Shown here one piece after another: positions 25,706 to 37,683 of a stretch of DNA of 64,000 nt. Source of the DNA: Squalus acanthias (Eukaryota); contig JASTWF010000036.1 of the NCBI GenBank assembly GCA_030390025.1, positions 2,854,001-2,918,000 of the forward strand. Reading direction: 5' to 3'. Position 1 is the stretch's first letter. Each line of letters opens with the position of its first letter. Both the position numbers and the translations under genes were made by a program. A model generated the notes under the pieces. That model searched no databases. It was not told the origin of the DNA and saw only the letters and a program-made list of their open reading frames with translations.

Positions 25706-26425
25706 TATATATTTTGCTGAGTGATTAATACCATTTTCCGACAATGTTGGTTGATGGGATGACTGGAAATGCTCTTTTCATTAATGCATCACTGCTCCCA
25801 AGTGTCGTGTTTCCATTGTGCTCATCAAGGGGATGGAACCCAGATAAAAAAAGGCAGCCAGAAGCTAAAATTTGCATGTCTTCGCTCCTCTTGTTTATTT
25901 TACTGTGCTTTCGCACGTCAATGAGCTCATGCTGCTGTACCAGGCTGGGTTGGCAGCAGTAACCCAAGCAGAAGTTGGAGTGTCCCTGCTGTCTGCCTTG
26001 GAAGGAGCTGGTAAGAGGATGGCAATATGGTGCCAAATAGTAGGTGCAGAAACAGGGGACACAAGTGTAGGTATGAAGAATGATGGCAAGCGAAGAGGAG
26101 GAGGCTACTGGTTCGACTGAGGTTTCTCTTTTCGTTCGAGGTGGCATGGAGCGGGTGTATGGTCAGGGGGAGGGGAAATCCATTGTTAGTGGCTCAGCAG
26201 AAGCTCAGCTGACAAGGAGGCTTGTGGTTGTTCCCCCTCATTGCCTCCAAATAAGTCACGTCACAAAAGGGAGGCAGCGCAATACTGAACACAGCCTCCA
26301 TCACTATGTGTGAAGGACTAACAGTACACTACAACAAGTCTTGCAGCTGAAAAGTCATTTTTTAATTCAAAAATCCAAAGATAAAGATCTTTCTTGACAA
26401 TACTAGCCTGTCCCTTAATCACGAT

Positions 26426-26860
26426 AGAAGAAAGAAAGAACTTACATTTATATAGTGCGTTTCATAACCTCGGGACGTCCCGAAGCATTTCACATAGCCA
26501 ATGGAGTACTTTTAGATGTGTAGCCACTGTTGTACTGTAGGGAAACGCAGCAGACAATTTGCGCACAGCAAGATCCCACAAAAAACCGAGATAAATGACC
26601 AGTTAATTTGCTTTTGTTGGGGTTAGGTGAGGGATAAATGTTGGCCAGGACACCGGGGAGAACTTCCCTCCTCATTAAAATAGTGCCATGGGATCTTTTA
26701 CGTCTCATCCGAATGACGGCACCTCCGACAGTGCAGCACTCCCTCAGTACTACATTGCAGTGTCTGCCTGGATTATGTGCTCAAGTCTCTAGAGTGAGGC
26801 TTGAACCCACAACCTTCTGGCTCAGAGAAAAGAGTGTTACCACTGAGCCAAGGCTGACAC
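26426..26860 (-). mobile_element. DeuSINE (SacSINE1-like), near full length
   Basis: tRNA-like head (minus strand GTGTCAGCCTTGGCTCAGTGGTAACACT...GGTTCAAGCC), central domain GCTGCACTGTCGGAGGTGCCGTC, L2-like tail ending (TTTC)n. Confidence 0.85.
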
Positions 26861-26981
26861 ATAGCACAGAAGCTCCGGAATCAGTCGTGCCAGATTTCTA
26901 TGGGGACAGTTTGTTCCTGATCTACGTTTGGCGCTTTTTGGAGGAAATCGGGAAGCAAAGACCTCTGACATTCAAAAATAA

Positions 26982-27094
26982 AAATGAGAAGTCGCACAAC
27001 ACCAGGTTATAGTCCAACAGATTTATTTAATTTTACAAGCTTTCGGAGCTGTCGCTCCTTCGTCAGGTAAGTTAGCAATAATAAATCTCCACAT
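26982..27094 (-). mobile_element. Penelope-like mini-insertion (family A)
   Basis: TGTTGGACTATAACCTGGTGTTGTGCGACTTCTCA on the minus strand; 13-bp TSD CATTCAAAAATAA (26969-81, 27095-107). Confidence 0.8.
27033..27070 (-). ncRNA. Minimal type I hammerhead ribozyme motif
   Basis: UUAC-CUGACGA-A-GGAGC GACA GCUCC-GAAAG-CUU-GUAA: perfect stem I (UUAC/GUAA), 5-bp stem II, palindromic AAGCUU at stem III. Confidence 0.8.
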
Positions 27095-27145
27095 CATTCA
27101 AAAATAAGAGGAGAAAATGCTGGAAACACTCAGCACGTCAGGTAG

Positions 27146-27612
27146 CATAAGAACATAAGAACATAAGAAATAGGAGCAGGAGTAGGCCAATCGGCCCATC
27201 GAGCCTGCTCCGCCATTCAATAAGATCATGGCTGATCTGATCCTAACCGCCAATCTACTATCTATCACAGAAACATCTCCTGCATCTAACAGAATTGCAC
27301 ACACGAAATAGGAGCAGAATCAGGCTACACAGTCCCTGGGCCCGCTCCACTACCCACAGGGCCATGACCGATCCGAACCTAGACTCATGTCCAAATTCCT
27401 GCCCGCTCCCCGTAACCCTTAATGCCCTTTACTTCTAGGAAACTGTCTATTTCTGTTTTAAATTTAATTAATGTTGTAGCTTCTACAGCTTTTTGTGGCA
27501 GCATATTCCATGGACCTACCACCCTCTGAGTGAAGTAGTTCCTCCTCATCTCAGTTTTGAAAGAGCAGCCCCTTATTCTAAGACTATGTCCCCTAGTTCT
27601 CGTCTCACCCGT
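27146..27612 (-). mobile_element. Two CR1 3' fragments (27146-~27255 and ~27305-27612)
   Basis: (ACATAAGA)n tail; ORF 27385..27615 TRTRGHSLRIRG...RRNYFTQRVV. Confidence 0.85.
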
Positions 27613-28269
27613 CATCTATGGAGAGAAGAAAGTCGGGTTAACGTGTCAGGTCTATGACCCTTTACGCTGCTGCATTCTCTTCAGATGCAGACAGCGGAAA
27701 AGCCATAGAGGAAGTTTGTGGGCTGTGCTATTCAGGAGAAAAATGGGAGCAAAGGCTCAATGTGCAGTTTTTCTCTGCACTGCACCTATTTTTGGGGCTC
27801 TATTTGGAAACATGGCAGAGGGAAATCAGCCCTAATAATTTAAAACTAAACTACTCAATGAAAGGGATCCTCTCTATAGTTCAACATGCAACATAAAGAA
27901 CAGTGTCTATTCAGTTCTGCATTTATCAATGGCTTCAGAAAATTATTAACCTGCTTTTGACTCTTAATACAACTCAGTTAATTGATGTACTACTAATTAG
28001 TCAAGTTGTCAATAGCTGTGTCTCTTATCTGATCTTTTCTTGCCAATGCTTGATACTGACTGAAACTTGCCCTCAATTACCATAAAAAGAAAGTCAGGTA
28101 TATCATTAATTGTATTGATGTGTACACCATCAATTTACACCATGTTCTGAAGTCTATTTTGCTGCACTTACAAATTTAAGATCACTCCGTCAATAACCCC
28201 TTGGCTAAACACTTAACATAGGTCACCCACTTTTCAATATAAATGTATTTCAGGCATGAGGAGAAATTA

Positions 28270-28810
28270 AATCTTTTAAGCAGAACTGCAATAGAACTTC
28301 TCCCATGAATTCCTCCAACCCATTCTATTCGGTCCTTTACACCCTGTAGTTCATCCCTCTCAAACCCTAACATCCATTGAAGATCATCGCTCTTGTACCC
28401 GAGCTCTCCCATATCAGTATCTAACTGCATTTTGAATGTCTCCAATGTTTTTGTCTCTATATCCTGTCTGGCAGATTATTCCAAAGATTTATCAACCTTC
28501 GAGCAAGTAAGTTCTTCCTAATATTGGTTTTAAATTTACTTCTCACTAATTTCAATTTTACAGCCTCATGGCTTACTTCCCTGGCTTACCTTGAAATAAT
28601 ATTTTGGGTTTACCTTATCTATCCCTTCTAGACTACAGAGTTTGAGCTTCTCAAATCTTTCCACTTGGGACCAGACTTATTGCTGTTCTCTCTTCTGTTT
28701 CCAATGCTCTTGCGTCTTTTTTGTAGCATAGTTACCACAACTGGACGCTGCACTACAAATGTGGTCTGACCAGTAAAGCTTTAGAATAACTTCTGTAGAT
28801 TCTGTGTATT
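28270..28810 (-). mobile_element. Old degenerate CR1 3' fragment
   Basis: Remnant peptides YKALLVRPHL-like (ORF 28753..29019) and METFKMQLD (ORF 28182..28445). Confidence 0.6.
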
Positions 28811-29579
28811 GTGCTGTTCTGGAGCAGTGAGTTAATTGCACAGAGAAGATGAACAGAAAGGATGAAATGAAGAATAAAGCAGGGAAAAGAGAAAATGAGG
28901 GATTGGAAACAGTGGGCGCAACATGTTAACTTTAATTGCTTGCTGGCGAGATGCTTTACTTCTCCACTCTGTATGCCAAAGCCAGAAGGTAACTGTTCCC
29001 TGATGGGAATTTTCCACACCAGATTCAGTCTTCAAAAGGATTAAAACCTCTTAGGCTGTAAGTCACCCCTTCAGAAGGTATCAAGTAAAGGGTTACTTGT
29101 ATTTATTACTGCTCCCTTGTAAAACAATCTCTTGTTTTACATGTAGATGAGAAAACAGACTTTACATCACCCTAGGGTGCTTTTACCAATAATCGTTATT
29201 GATGCTTGTAAACTAGAAATAGTTAACTTATCCAGCAACTAATCAACTTGAAAATAATCCCCCAAAAAGTACTATTCCAACATTTCTTAGAGTACAAATC
29301 ATAGAGAATTTCTCATTAAGTAAGTGCAGTCAATACAGCAGGCACTTTATTTTACATTATCTCTAATTTTTCCTCCTTTCCTTAAGGTCCATACTGTGGC
29401 GCTGTCCACCTTGCAGTACTTTGTTCAGGGGGTCATGCTTTGTACGTGAACTTAAACCAATCATCGTCAGCAGGCTATTTGAGTGCAGACGCAACACAGC
29501 TGAGTCCAATCCTGATCCTGTCATCATCCAATGTCCTGACTTTCCACCAGATGTCACTGGATGGCAATCAGGAGTGGAA

Positions 29580-30217
29580 ACTCTGGAACCTTGGGAAGAA
29601 ACTAAAGAGTAGGGTCAACTTGATCCAGAAACTCGTCGGATCTACATGGGGTGCAGGTACTCAAACCCTCTGTACGGCAGCACTTGCCCTGGTGTACTCT
29701 ACAGCGGAGTACTGCTCTCCGGCATAGCTATCAAATCCGCATGTTAAATCTGTTGATGTCCAGCTGAATTCTACTATGAGAATTATCACCGGTTCGCTTT
29801 TATCGACACCAACACCTTGGCTGCCCGTACTTGCAAACATCGCACCACCACACCTACGTCGCGAATATGCAGTCTCCAGGGGAATACAACCACTACACCA
29901 GCAAAGACATGCCGATCCAGGCCAACTTGAACAACCGACCACCAACCCGTCTCAAATCTAGAAGGCCATTTTGGACCATCGCCGAAGCCATTCAGCGATT
30001 TCCCCTCAGCCTTGAAATGCTTGGAAGAACTGCGACATATGGAATGGATTCCTTATAGAGGATCCCACAATACAACCTGAAGGTTCAAATCTTCCTCGCA
30101 AACTGTGGACAACCATCAACCGCCTCAGAACCGGTCAGATGCTGCCACCTTCTCCATAAATGGAAGATTAAAGCATCCCCATCATGCGACTGTGGAGCTC
30201 CTAATCAGACCCTGGAG
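29580..30217 (+). mobile_element. Vingi/ingi-like LINE 3' fragment
   Basis: RVNLIQKLVGSTWGA...ALALVYSTAEYCSPA; MRIITGSLLSTPTPWLPVLANIAPPHLRR; RLKSRRPFW; WTTINRLRTG; SPSCDCG..QT start of a C-terminal zinc knuckle, cut off by the RTE copy. Confidence 0.7.
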
Positions 30218-30962
30218 CTCTCTCTCTTAGGCAGTCTCTCGGAACCGAGGATGACTTGCTTCCACATTAAAAATGAGTTCTCAGGTGACTGATGAGTCCA
30301 ATGTGGGACCTACTGTCTCTGTCACAGGTGGGGCAGACGGTGGTTGAAGGGGCGGGTGGGCGGGGTGCTTGGGTTGACATGCGCTCCTTGCGCTTGGCTT
30401 CTGCTTGCTCCCGGCAAAGAGACTCGAGGTGTTCGGCGCCTTCCCGGATGCTTCTCCTCCACTTTGTGCGGTCTTGGGCCAGGGATTCCCAGGTGTCAGT
30501 GGCGATGTTGCACTTTTTCAAGGAGGCTTTGAGGGTGTCCTTGAAGCATTTCCTCTGCCCACCTGGGGCTCTCTTGCCATGTCGGAGCTCCGAGTAGAGC
30601 GCTTGTTTTGGGAGTCTCGTATCGGGCATGCGGACGATGTGACCTGTCCATCGGAGCTGATCGAGCGTGGTCAAAGCTTCGATGCTGGGGATGTTGGCCT
30701 GAGCAAGAACACTAACGTTGGTGCGCCTATCCTGCCAATGGATTTGCAGGATCTTGCGGAGGCAGCGTTGATGGTACCTCTCCAGTGCTTTGAGGTGCCT
30801 GCTGTACATGGTCCATGTCTCTGAGGCATACAGCAGGGCGGGTATCACTGCTGCTCTGTAGACCATGAGCTTAGTGCCGGGTTTGAGGTCCTGGTCTTCA
30901 AACACTCTCTTCCTCAGGCAACCGAAGGCTGCTCTGGCACACTGAAGGCGGTGTTGAACATC
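30218..30962 (-). mobile_element. RTE-clade LINE 3' fragment
   Basis: 234-aa ORF: YRAAVIPALLYASETW...QRCLRKILQIHWQD...RWTGHIVRMPDTRLPKQ...GGQRK; terminal CPTC...HLRTH; short repeat tail. Confidence 0.9.
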
Positions 30963-31194
30963 ATTGAACACTACCCTCAGAGGAAATTCGCAGGCAGCCT
31001 ACATGATATCCACGCTGTTACACAGGAAGCTTTGGCCTGGATATCTGAGTTAGATATTAACATTTGATTTGCTTTGCTACTACCATACGAAGGAAGACAA
31101 CTACTCTGGCTGATTTGCCTCCTCCCCAGTCCAGAGGAACTGAAGCTCTACACCCCTGGGAGATCTTCCTGAGCAAAGGACAGATCACCATAGC

Positions 31195-31772
31195 AACAAC
31201 AGCTTGCATTATACAGCGCCATTAATGTAGTAAACCGTCCCAAGGCACGTCACAAGAGCGTTATCAGATAAAGTTTGTCACTGAGCCACATAAGGAGATA
31301 TTAGGACAGGTGAGGTAGATTTTCAGGAGCATCTTAAAGGAGGAGAGAGAGGTAGAGAGGCAGAGAGGTTTAGGGAGGGAATTCCAGAACTTGGGGCCTA
31401 GGCAACTGAAGGCACGGCTGCCAATGGTGGGGCAAAGACAATTGGGGGATGAGCAAGAGGTCAAAATTGGAGGAGCGCAGAGATCTCGGAGGGATGTAGG
31501 GCTGGAGGAGGGATGTAGGGCTGGAGGAGGGATGTAGGGCTGGAGGAGGGATTTGGGGCTGGAGGAGGGTTGTAGGGAGGAGGAGGTTGTAGGGAGGAGG
31601 AGGTTGTAGGGAGGAGGAGGTTGTAGGGAGGAGGAGGTTGTAGGGAGGAGGAGGCCATGGAGAGATTTGAACACAAGGATGAGGATTTTAAATTTGAGGC
31701 ATTGGTGAACCTGGAACCAATGTAGGTCAGCCAGCACAGGGGTGATGGGAGAACGGGACTTGTTGCTAGTAA
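31195..31772 (-). mobile_element. L2 LINE 3' fragment with internal tandem expansion
   Basis: SPITPVLADLHW...FKILILVFKSLHGL ... GSRAFSCLGPKFWNSLP. Confidence 0.85.
31488..31654. repeat. Compound G-rich minisatellite: ~4 x 19 bp then 5 x 17 bp
   Basis: Units GGAGGGATGTAGGGCTGGA and GGTTGTAGGGAGGAGGA. Confidence 0.9.
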
Positions 31773-31878
31773 GCAACAGCCCTACCTCTCTCTGCTTTTA
31801 TTCTGTTAAAGGAGAGACTCTATTAGAGCATGGACATTGGGGCTCTTGTAAAAGACACCGAGAGCAAAGGGAGATCAT

Positions 31879-31988
31879 GGCCGGGAAATTCCTCGGCGCT
31901 GCTCCCACTCTGCCGGTGTTACTCCTCTGAAAGTGGAGCGCAAAGTAATGCCAGCAAAGCGCGAGTAGCTCCAAGGAATTTCCTGGCC
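31879..31988. mobile_element. 110-bp MITE with Harbinger-type ends
   Basis: TIRs GGCCGGGAAATTCCTCGG and CCAAGGAATTTCCTGGCC; TSD CAT (31876-78, 31989-91). Confidence 0.75.
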
Positions 31989-34197
31989 CATGTTCTAGGA
32001 GGTGACATGTTGTCATCCTACAGAGCAGTTGAAAAGCACTTGACCGATGAAAAGTTAAGCTACCGCAAAGTGCAATTTCAAAGCTCACCTTTTTAATTGC
32101 ACCCAAAACTAATGGTCATTCATAAAGGGGCACCATATTCATCAAAAGTTTCACTCATTTACACATGATGCAATAACATAAGTCTTGCAAAAACGCACCA
32201 TCGCATGTGCACTTGTGGGTAATGTTATAGTAATGGAAGTGATGCCTGTCTTCTCCCTCCCGAAACAAAAATTGGGTTTGAATACACTTTTTCATAAAGA
32301 CAGCGTCCCTTTAAGATTTGGTGTGGTCAATAATTCATTATTAAAGCATTGCAATTATGTGCTATATGGATGCCCGGCAACACTGTTACCATATCTATTA
32401 TTTCCATAAATTTGGGTAAATCTGGGTCTCTCAGCAATCCCAATGGTAGGTATTAATAACTGAGGTCCACTGTTCAAAGTCACTCATCCTGCATTTGTTA
32501 CCCTTTAGGTTGGTTGAATTAAAAAAAAAATCAGAGATGAAAGGTACAGCTCATCTCTATTACAATATTCAGGAGTCAGGTGGTACTGATATTTATCACT
32601 GCTCGGCAGCCAACAGTTTGGTACCAGCTGGTGAAATCTTTATGCCTCTTAATATGACACAGAAATAAGTACAAAAAGAAAAAGTTTTCTATTCTAAAAC
32701 ACTTCTTGGTGTCCAGTTTAGATTTTAGAATCTTTTTGGACTGTTCATTCAAAAACTGGACTGTTTTGGTGAGCAAGTAGGTGCCTTGGAAATTGATGAG
32801 AAGAACTCAGGATGAGGGCCCTCCAATTCCTTCCCTCTGTCCCCTCGAGATTCTCTCACTCAGAATCCTGAACCTGGTAGGAACTAGTATCATTTGGTTA
32901 ACTTCCTTCCTCCTTTTCAGTCTGTGCCCAGCATTTGCTTTCAGCTAGTCCCCAAGAAAGCGGCCACTTCAAAAAAGACACACTGCCAACTTCTGTCAAG
33001 TTCGTGGTGAAGCGGGGAGTGGGATCATGAGTTGACTTATAGGGTTTCCGTTAGTGCTGATGGATTTTGATAGAAAATCTTAATAATTATCACACGGCAC
33101 AAGTAAGTGAGGAAAATGGACTTCTACTTTAAAAGCAAAACTTTTGGGGTTTAAGTTCTTCTAATTGCCACTGCTTAATGGGTTTGGGTCAAGTTCCTCT
33201 CGGTTCTATTTCAATGCAATTGTTAAGCGGTTTATTTTAAACACTTTAATGAGTGCAACAAAGGAACTTTATGGAAACACATTAACCAGACAAAGTTAAA
33301 CCCATCCGTGTCTGGTTTATTTATATTTCCAGACTACCCACTCAAAACGCCAGACTTGTGGCAATCCTACGCACCACACACTCAGAGTAAAGACAGATTA
33401 CCAACGACACTCTGTGAATGTAACTCATGTCACCCCACTCTCCCATTTGAATCTCTGCACTGAAATGCAGCAGATGAATATAAAACTCGACATTGGTGCC
33501 TTTTGAGTCACGCAGGCCAGGAAGATCTCAGGTGTGACCTGTGTTGAGTTAGTGAATCTCGGTGGGATTGCAGTAAGGGTGCTGAAATCAACCTCACCTC
33601 CCAAGAGTCACGTAAAGAAAGACACCGTGCAGACTTGGGAGCAGGTCACTCAGACTTTTTCATGTGGGTGGAATAGAAGGAAAAAGAAAATCCACCATCT
33701 GCACATACAACCATTTTGTTTTACTAGCCAAACAGTGAAACAGTGGTTATTGAAGTCATCCTTCTTTCTCCATTAACCTTGTACGTCTTTGTGTATGTGT
33801 TCCAGGAGGTCCAGCACTGAAGATAATTATACAATTTACTCCACAAAGCCAGAGAAGTATGAAACCTTCCTCATGCATGCGGTGTCTTAAGATTTAATGG
33901 CTGCATCCTGATGTAACATCAGGATGGAAGGTGAACTGAGAGACCCATTTACTCGCACTCACTTAATTATAGCAGCTCTGTAATAAGTTTTGACCGAGAC
34001 TAAAACTGATCCACAAGAGTTTCAACAATAAAACTGGCCACTTCATCACTTTACTAGCAATTATACATGTCATATGTTACATTCAGAGCGTGATGTCAGG
34101 CTAGAAGCACCAGCTGGGTTGTGTTGTGCATCTGTACTATAAAACTTTGAAAATAATTTTGGTGCAGATGATTTAGTACTGTGGAACTTTTTACCTT

Positions 34198-35645
34198 GGG
34201 CCTGAATTTGCAGTCGGAGGCTTCCCGCGGGCGAATTCCTCCGAACCGCAATAAAAGTACACACCTACCTGATGGTCCCATACCTACGCAGACACGCGCT
34301 CCTAGGCCTGTAGGCGTACGTCTGTGTAAAGGCCCACATATCCCAGGGGCGCAGGCAGGTCGCAAGGGATCATGTGGGCCGGCCCAACCAATGAGAAAAG
34401 GGGATTCCCATTATGCTTATGGGGATTCCATTCACGTACGGGATCCGCATAAGCATAATAGGAATCACACAAAAAACACAAATTTCACATAACTTAAATA
34501 AAAATAAATCATCACATGGTCACAATTAATTAAAATACAATGGCCCGTATTTTCCGATGCCTACGGGTGTGTACGCGCTGTGTACACACCTGTAGGGACA
34601 TCAGAAATGCCGGTTTCAGGCATGCGAAGCGCATGTGCTGAAAACCGGCATTTCCGATCTGTCAAGAATGCTCTTGACAGATTATCCGCCTGCCCTGGAG
34701 AAGGGCCTCTGCGGGTGGAGTGTTCCGCTTTCTGGAGAACCTCCGCCCGCAGAAAACCCTTAGAAATCTCACGCCTGGTAAAAGCCGGCGTAAGGCCTGC
34801 TTTTACCAGCATAAGAGTTTAAAAAAGTTAAAAAAAAAAATGTTCACTCATTTATAATTTTAAAATACTTTTAAAAAAGGTAAGTTTATTTTTAGCCCTG
34901 TAAAAAAACTTTAATTATTTTTTTAAATTTTTGTTTAAAATATTAAATTTAATGTAATTTTAACTCATTTTAAAAACGTGATGGTTTTTTAAAAATGTAC
35001 TTAATGTTTTAGTGTCTTTTTTTAGTGATCTCCATTCATATATTTGACCGGTCTATCTGTCAAAAGTATCAAGGAAGATTCCCTTCTTTCATTGGCTGGC
35101 CTGGCCCATGTGATCCCAGGGACGCTTGCGAACTGCCTGCGCCTCTGGGATACGTGGGCCCTACACATTTCGACTGTGGAGAGGCCCAGGAGCGGAAGTG
35201 TCCGGACCTCGGGAGCCCTCGGGTAAGTTTGTGGATTTTTTTCCGATAGGCCATTGTAATTAAACATTTAAAACAAAAATTAAATTTTTTGAAAAATAAA
35301 TTTTAACATTTTTAAAGGGTCCAAAGTAACCTGAACCAATTTTAAAGGTTTTTATTAAGTTTAAATGATTTTAAAAAAAATTTAGTTTAATATTTATTTA
35401 AACCCTTACTTTTACCAGGCGCAAGAGTTTCGTGAGCATTCGCTGGTCAATAGTTGGGCAAATAGCCCAACCCTGCACCAGCGAATGTCCATTTCCCGGG
35501 GATTCGTACGATCTGTCAAGCTGAAACTTGACAGATCGCAAGTTCCGGGTTTTCGCGCATGCGCAGAGCACACAGAAACCCGGAACTTGCACTTACGACC
35601 ACGTACGCATGTGTACGTCGTCATAGGCCCCGGAAAATCCGGAAC
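34198..35645. mobile_element. Non-autonomous TIR element (GC-rich ends, AT-rich core), interrupted by a relative
   Basis: Ends GGGCCTGAATTTGC and GGAAAATCCGGAAC resemble the Harbinger-type TIRs elsewhere in the window; flanks CTT/ATT. Confidence 0.65.
34542..35252. mobile_element. Related TIR element inserted in opposite orientation
   Basis: 34542-34830 is inverted-homologous to 35390-35645, and 35077-35240 to 34250-34410; ends are GGCC...GGCC within TACAAT|ATTGTA. Confidence 0.65.
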
Positions 35646-36839
35646 ATTATTATTCCTCTAAAGTATTAGTCCATTCAGATGAACTTTATTTATTCATTAG
35701 TTTTAATTTTTGAAATCATTTACTTATTCTCGTTATTGTCTTTGTTTTGTCCACAGTGGACAGGTTATCGCCCATGATTTTCTGATATGCACAGTTACCA
35801 AGAGAGTCTCCTTGCCAGCAGCGCACTTTTGGGAAATAACTCCTTTCGTTCAAGGTGCAATGCGGTGCAGCCGGCAGTATAACTTGGGTGTATCAGCCTG
35901 ACATCACACTCTATCTGTAACAAGTACATTGCAAAATATGAAATGTATAATTGCTAGCCAAGTAATGAAGCGGCCAAGTTTTGTTGTTGAAACTCTCGCG
36001 TCAGTTTTAGTCTAGGTCAAAACTCAAGAGTTTATTGCAGAGCTCCTCTCTGTGAACGGGCTACAGGGACACTAGTCTACCCGAAATACATCTTGTGGAG
36101 CAGAAATAACCTCCCCAACCACCCACCCCACCCCGTCCCAGTTAAAAATATGCATAATTGCTGCCCAATACACTGAGACCTAGTCGGGTGAGTGGGGAGC
36201 TTACTGTACGCAATTGATAGCAAAATCAGAAATGCATGAATAAAGGACACTTTCTGGATTTTCCAGTCAATATATTGAAAGTGGAAATCTTCATCCTTGG
36301 TCCTAAATACTTGGCAATGCATTTTGAGTTTTGGTAAACTATTAAAGTACATGTTTTTTGTAAATAGGGTGGAAGTCCTGTCGATGATTACAGTTTTAAG
36401 AAGTTTTCAATTTTGGTATTAGATGTTGGAGAAAAACGACAAAGCAACATTTTCAAAGTCACAGATATCAATATCGGTAAATGCCTGATCCAAGAGGACC
36501 AGATAACCTCCTGTTCCCATTGCAGAATATCCCAGTGGGCCCAGGTTACATGATGATATTGCGCGCCGGAGCCCTAACTCTGAGTAACAACAGGGTAAGA
36601 GGATGCTGGGTCAATCCTCCACTCCACTCGGTTCCCAATCTGAGCCAAACTGAGCAGGAGATGACCAGTAGAAGCTGCAAGATCACCTCGCAGGAGAGGA
36701 GAAAGTAAAAAATCTGGACAGTGCCTCTCGTAACCAGGCAAAGTAGACACTTTCTGGGGCTTCGAATCCAGCCACCTTCTTGGCATAAATCGAAATAGAA
36801 GAATGGCCATAACTTTGTGGGGAGGGAATCCCAATGCAA

Positions 36840-37683
36840 GGAAGTTGTGCTATACCTTCATAAATTGCTGGTTATCAACTGGAGTATTGTGTACAATTCT
36901 GTGCACCACATTTTAGGAAAGATGTTAAGGCCTTGGAGAGGGTGCAGAGGAGATTTACTAAAATGACACTAGGGATAAGGGATTACAGTTATGTGGAGAG
37001 ACTACAGAATCACAGAATCCCCACAGTGCAGATAGAGGCCATTTCGGCCCATCGAGCCTGCACCGACACATATCCCACCCTATCCCCGTAACCCCACATA
37101 TTTAATCCCCCTAACACTAAGGGTCAATTTATCATAGCCAAATCAACCTAACCCGCACATCTTTGGACTGTGGGAGGAAACCCACGCAGACACGGGGAGA
37201 ATGTGCAAACTCCACACAGAGTCACCCGAGGCCGGATTCGAACCCGGGTCCCTGGCGCTGTGAGGCAACAGTGCTAACCACTATGCCACCGTGTTGCCCA
37301 CTGAAGCTGAGATTGTTCTCCTATGAGCAGAGAAGGTTAAGGGGAGGTTTAATAGAGGTGTTCAAAATTATGAGGGGATTTGATAGAGTAAATAAGGAGA
37401 AACTTTTTTCTATTGGCAGGAGGGTCGATAACCAGAGGACACAGATTTAAGATAATTGGCAAAAGAACCAGAGGGGAGATGTTGTGATCTGGAATTCACT
37501 GCCTGAAAGGTGGAAGCAGAGTCAATAATAACTTTCAAAAGGGAATTGGATATATACTTGAAAAGGAAACATTTGCAGGACTATGGGGAAAGAGCAGGGG
37601 TGTGGGACTAATTGGAGAGCTCTTTCAAAGAGCCAGCACAGGCACAGTGGGCCGAATGGCCTCCTTCTGTGCTGTATGATTCT
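36840..37683 (+). mobile_element. Degenerate CR1 3' fragment, interrupted by a V-SINE
   Basis: CTGGAGTATTGTGTACAATTCTG; EQRRLRGGLIEVFKIMRGFDRV; TATGATTC tail. Confidence 0.85.
37004..37299 (-). mobile_element. V-SINE (HE1-like)
   Basis: Reverse complement of the 16966 copy with a small deletion in the V domain; ACT on both flanks. Confidence 0.9.

Larger units (their letters stand above)
33971..36047. mobile_element. Older long-inverted-repeat element (arms ~33971-34130 and ~35865-36047)
   Basis: AGTTTTGACCGAGACTAAAACTGA...GAGTTTCAACAATAAAACT...CTAGCAATTATACAT...GTGATGTCAGGCT recurs reverse-complemented in the right arm. Confidence 0.75.

Noticed and set aside
31488..31654. CRISPR-like array
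   Set aside because: Units are contiguous with no unique spacers, it lies inside an L2, and there are no cas genes.
33806..33890. Possible terminal exon (TCCAG|...RSSTEDNYTIYSTKPEKYETFLMHAVS*)
   Set aside because: Short and unrecognised, with a weak pyrimidine tract.
36526..36594. Possible 69-bp plus-strand exon (TTGCAG|...|GTAAGA; NIPVGPGYMMILRAGALTLSNNR)
   Set aside because: Peptide unrecognised and no supporting neighbouring exons; such sites are frequent by chance.
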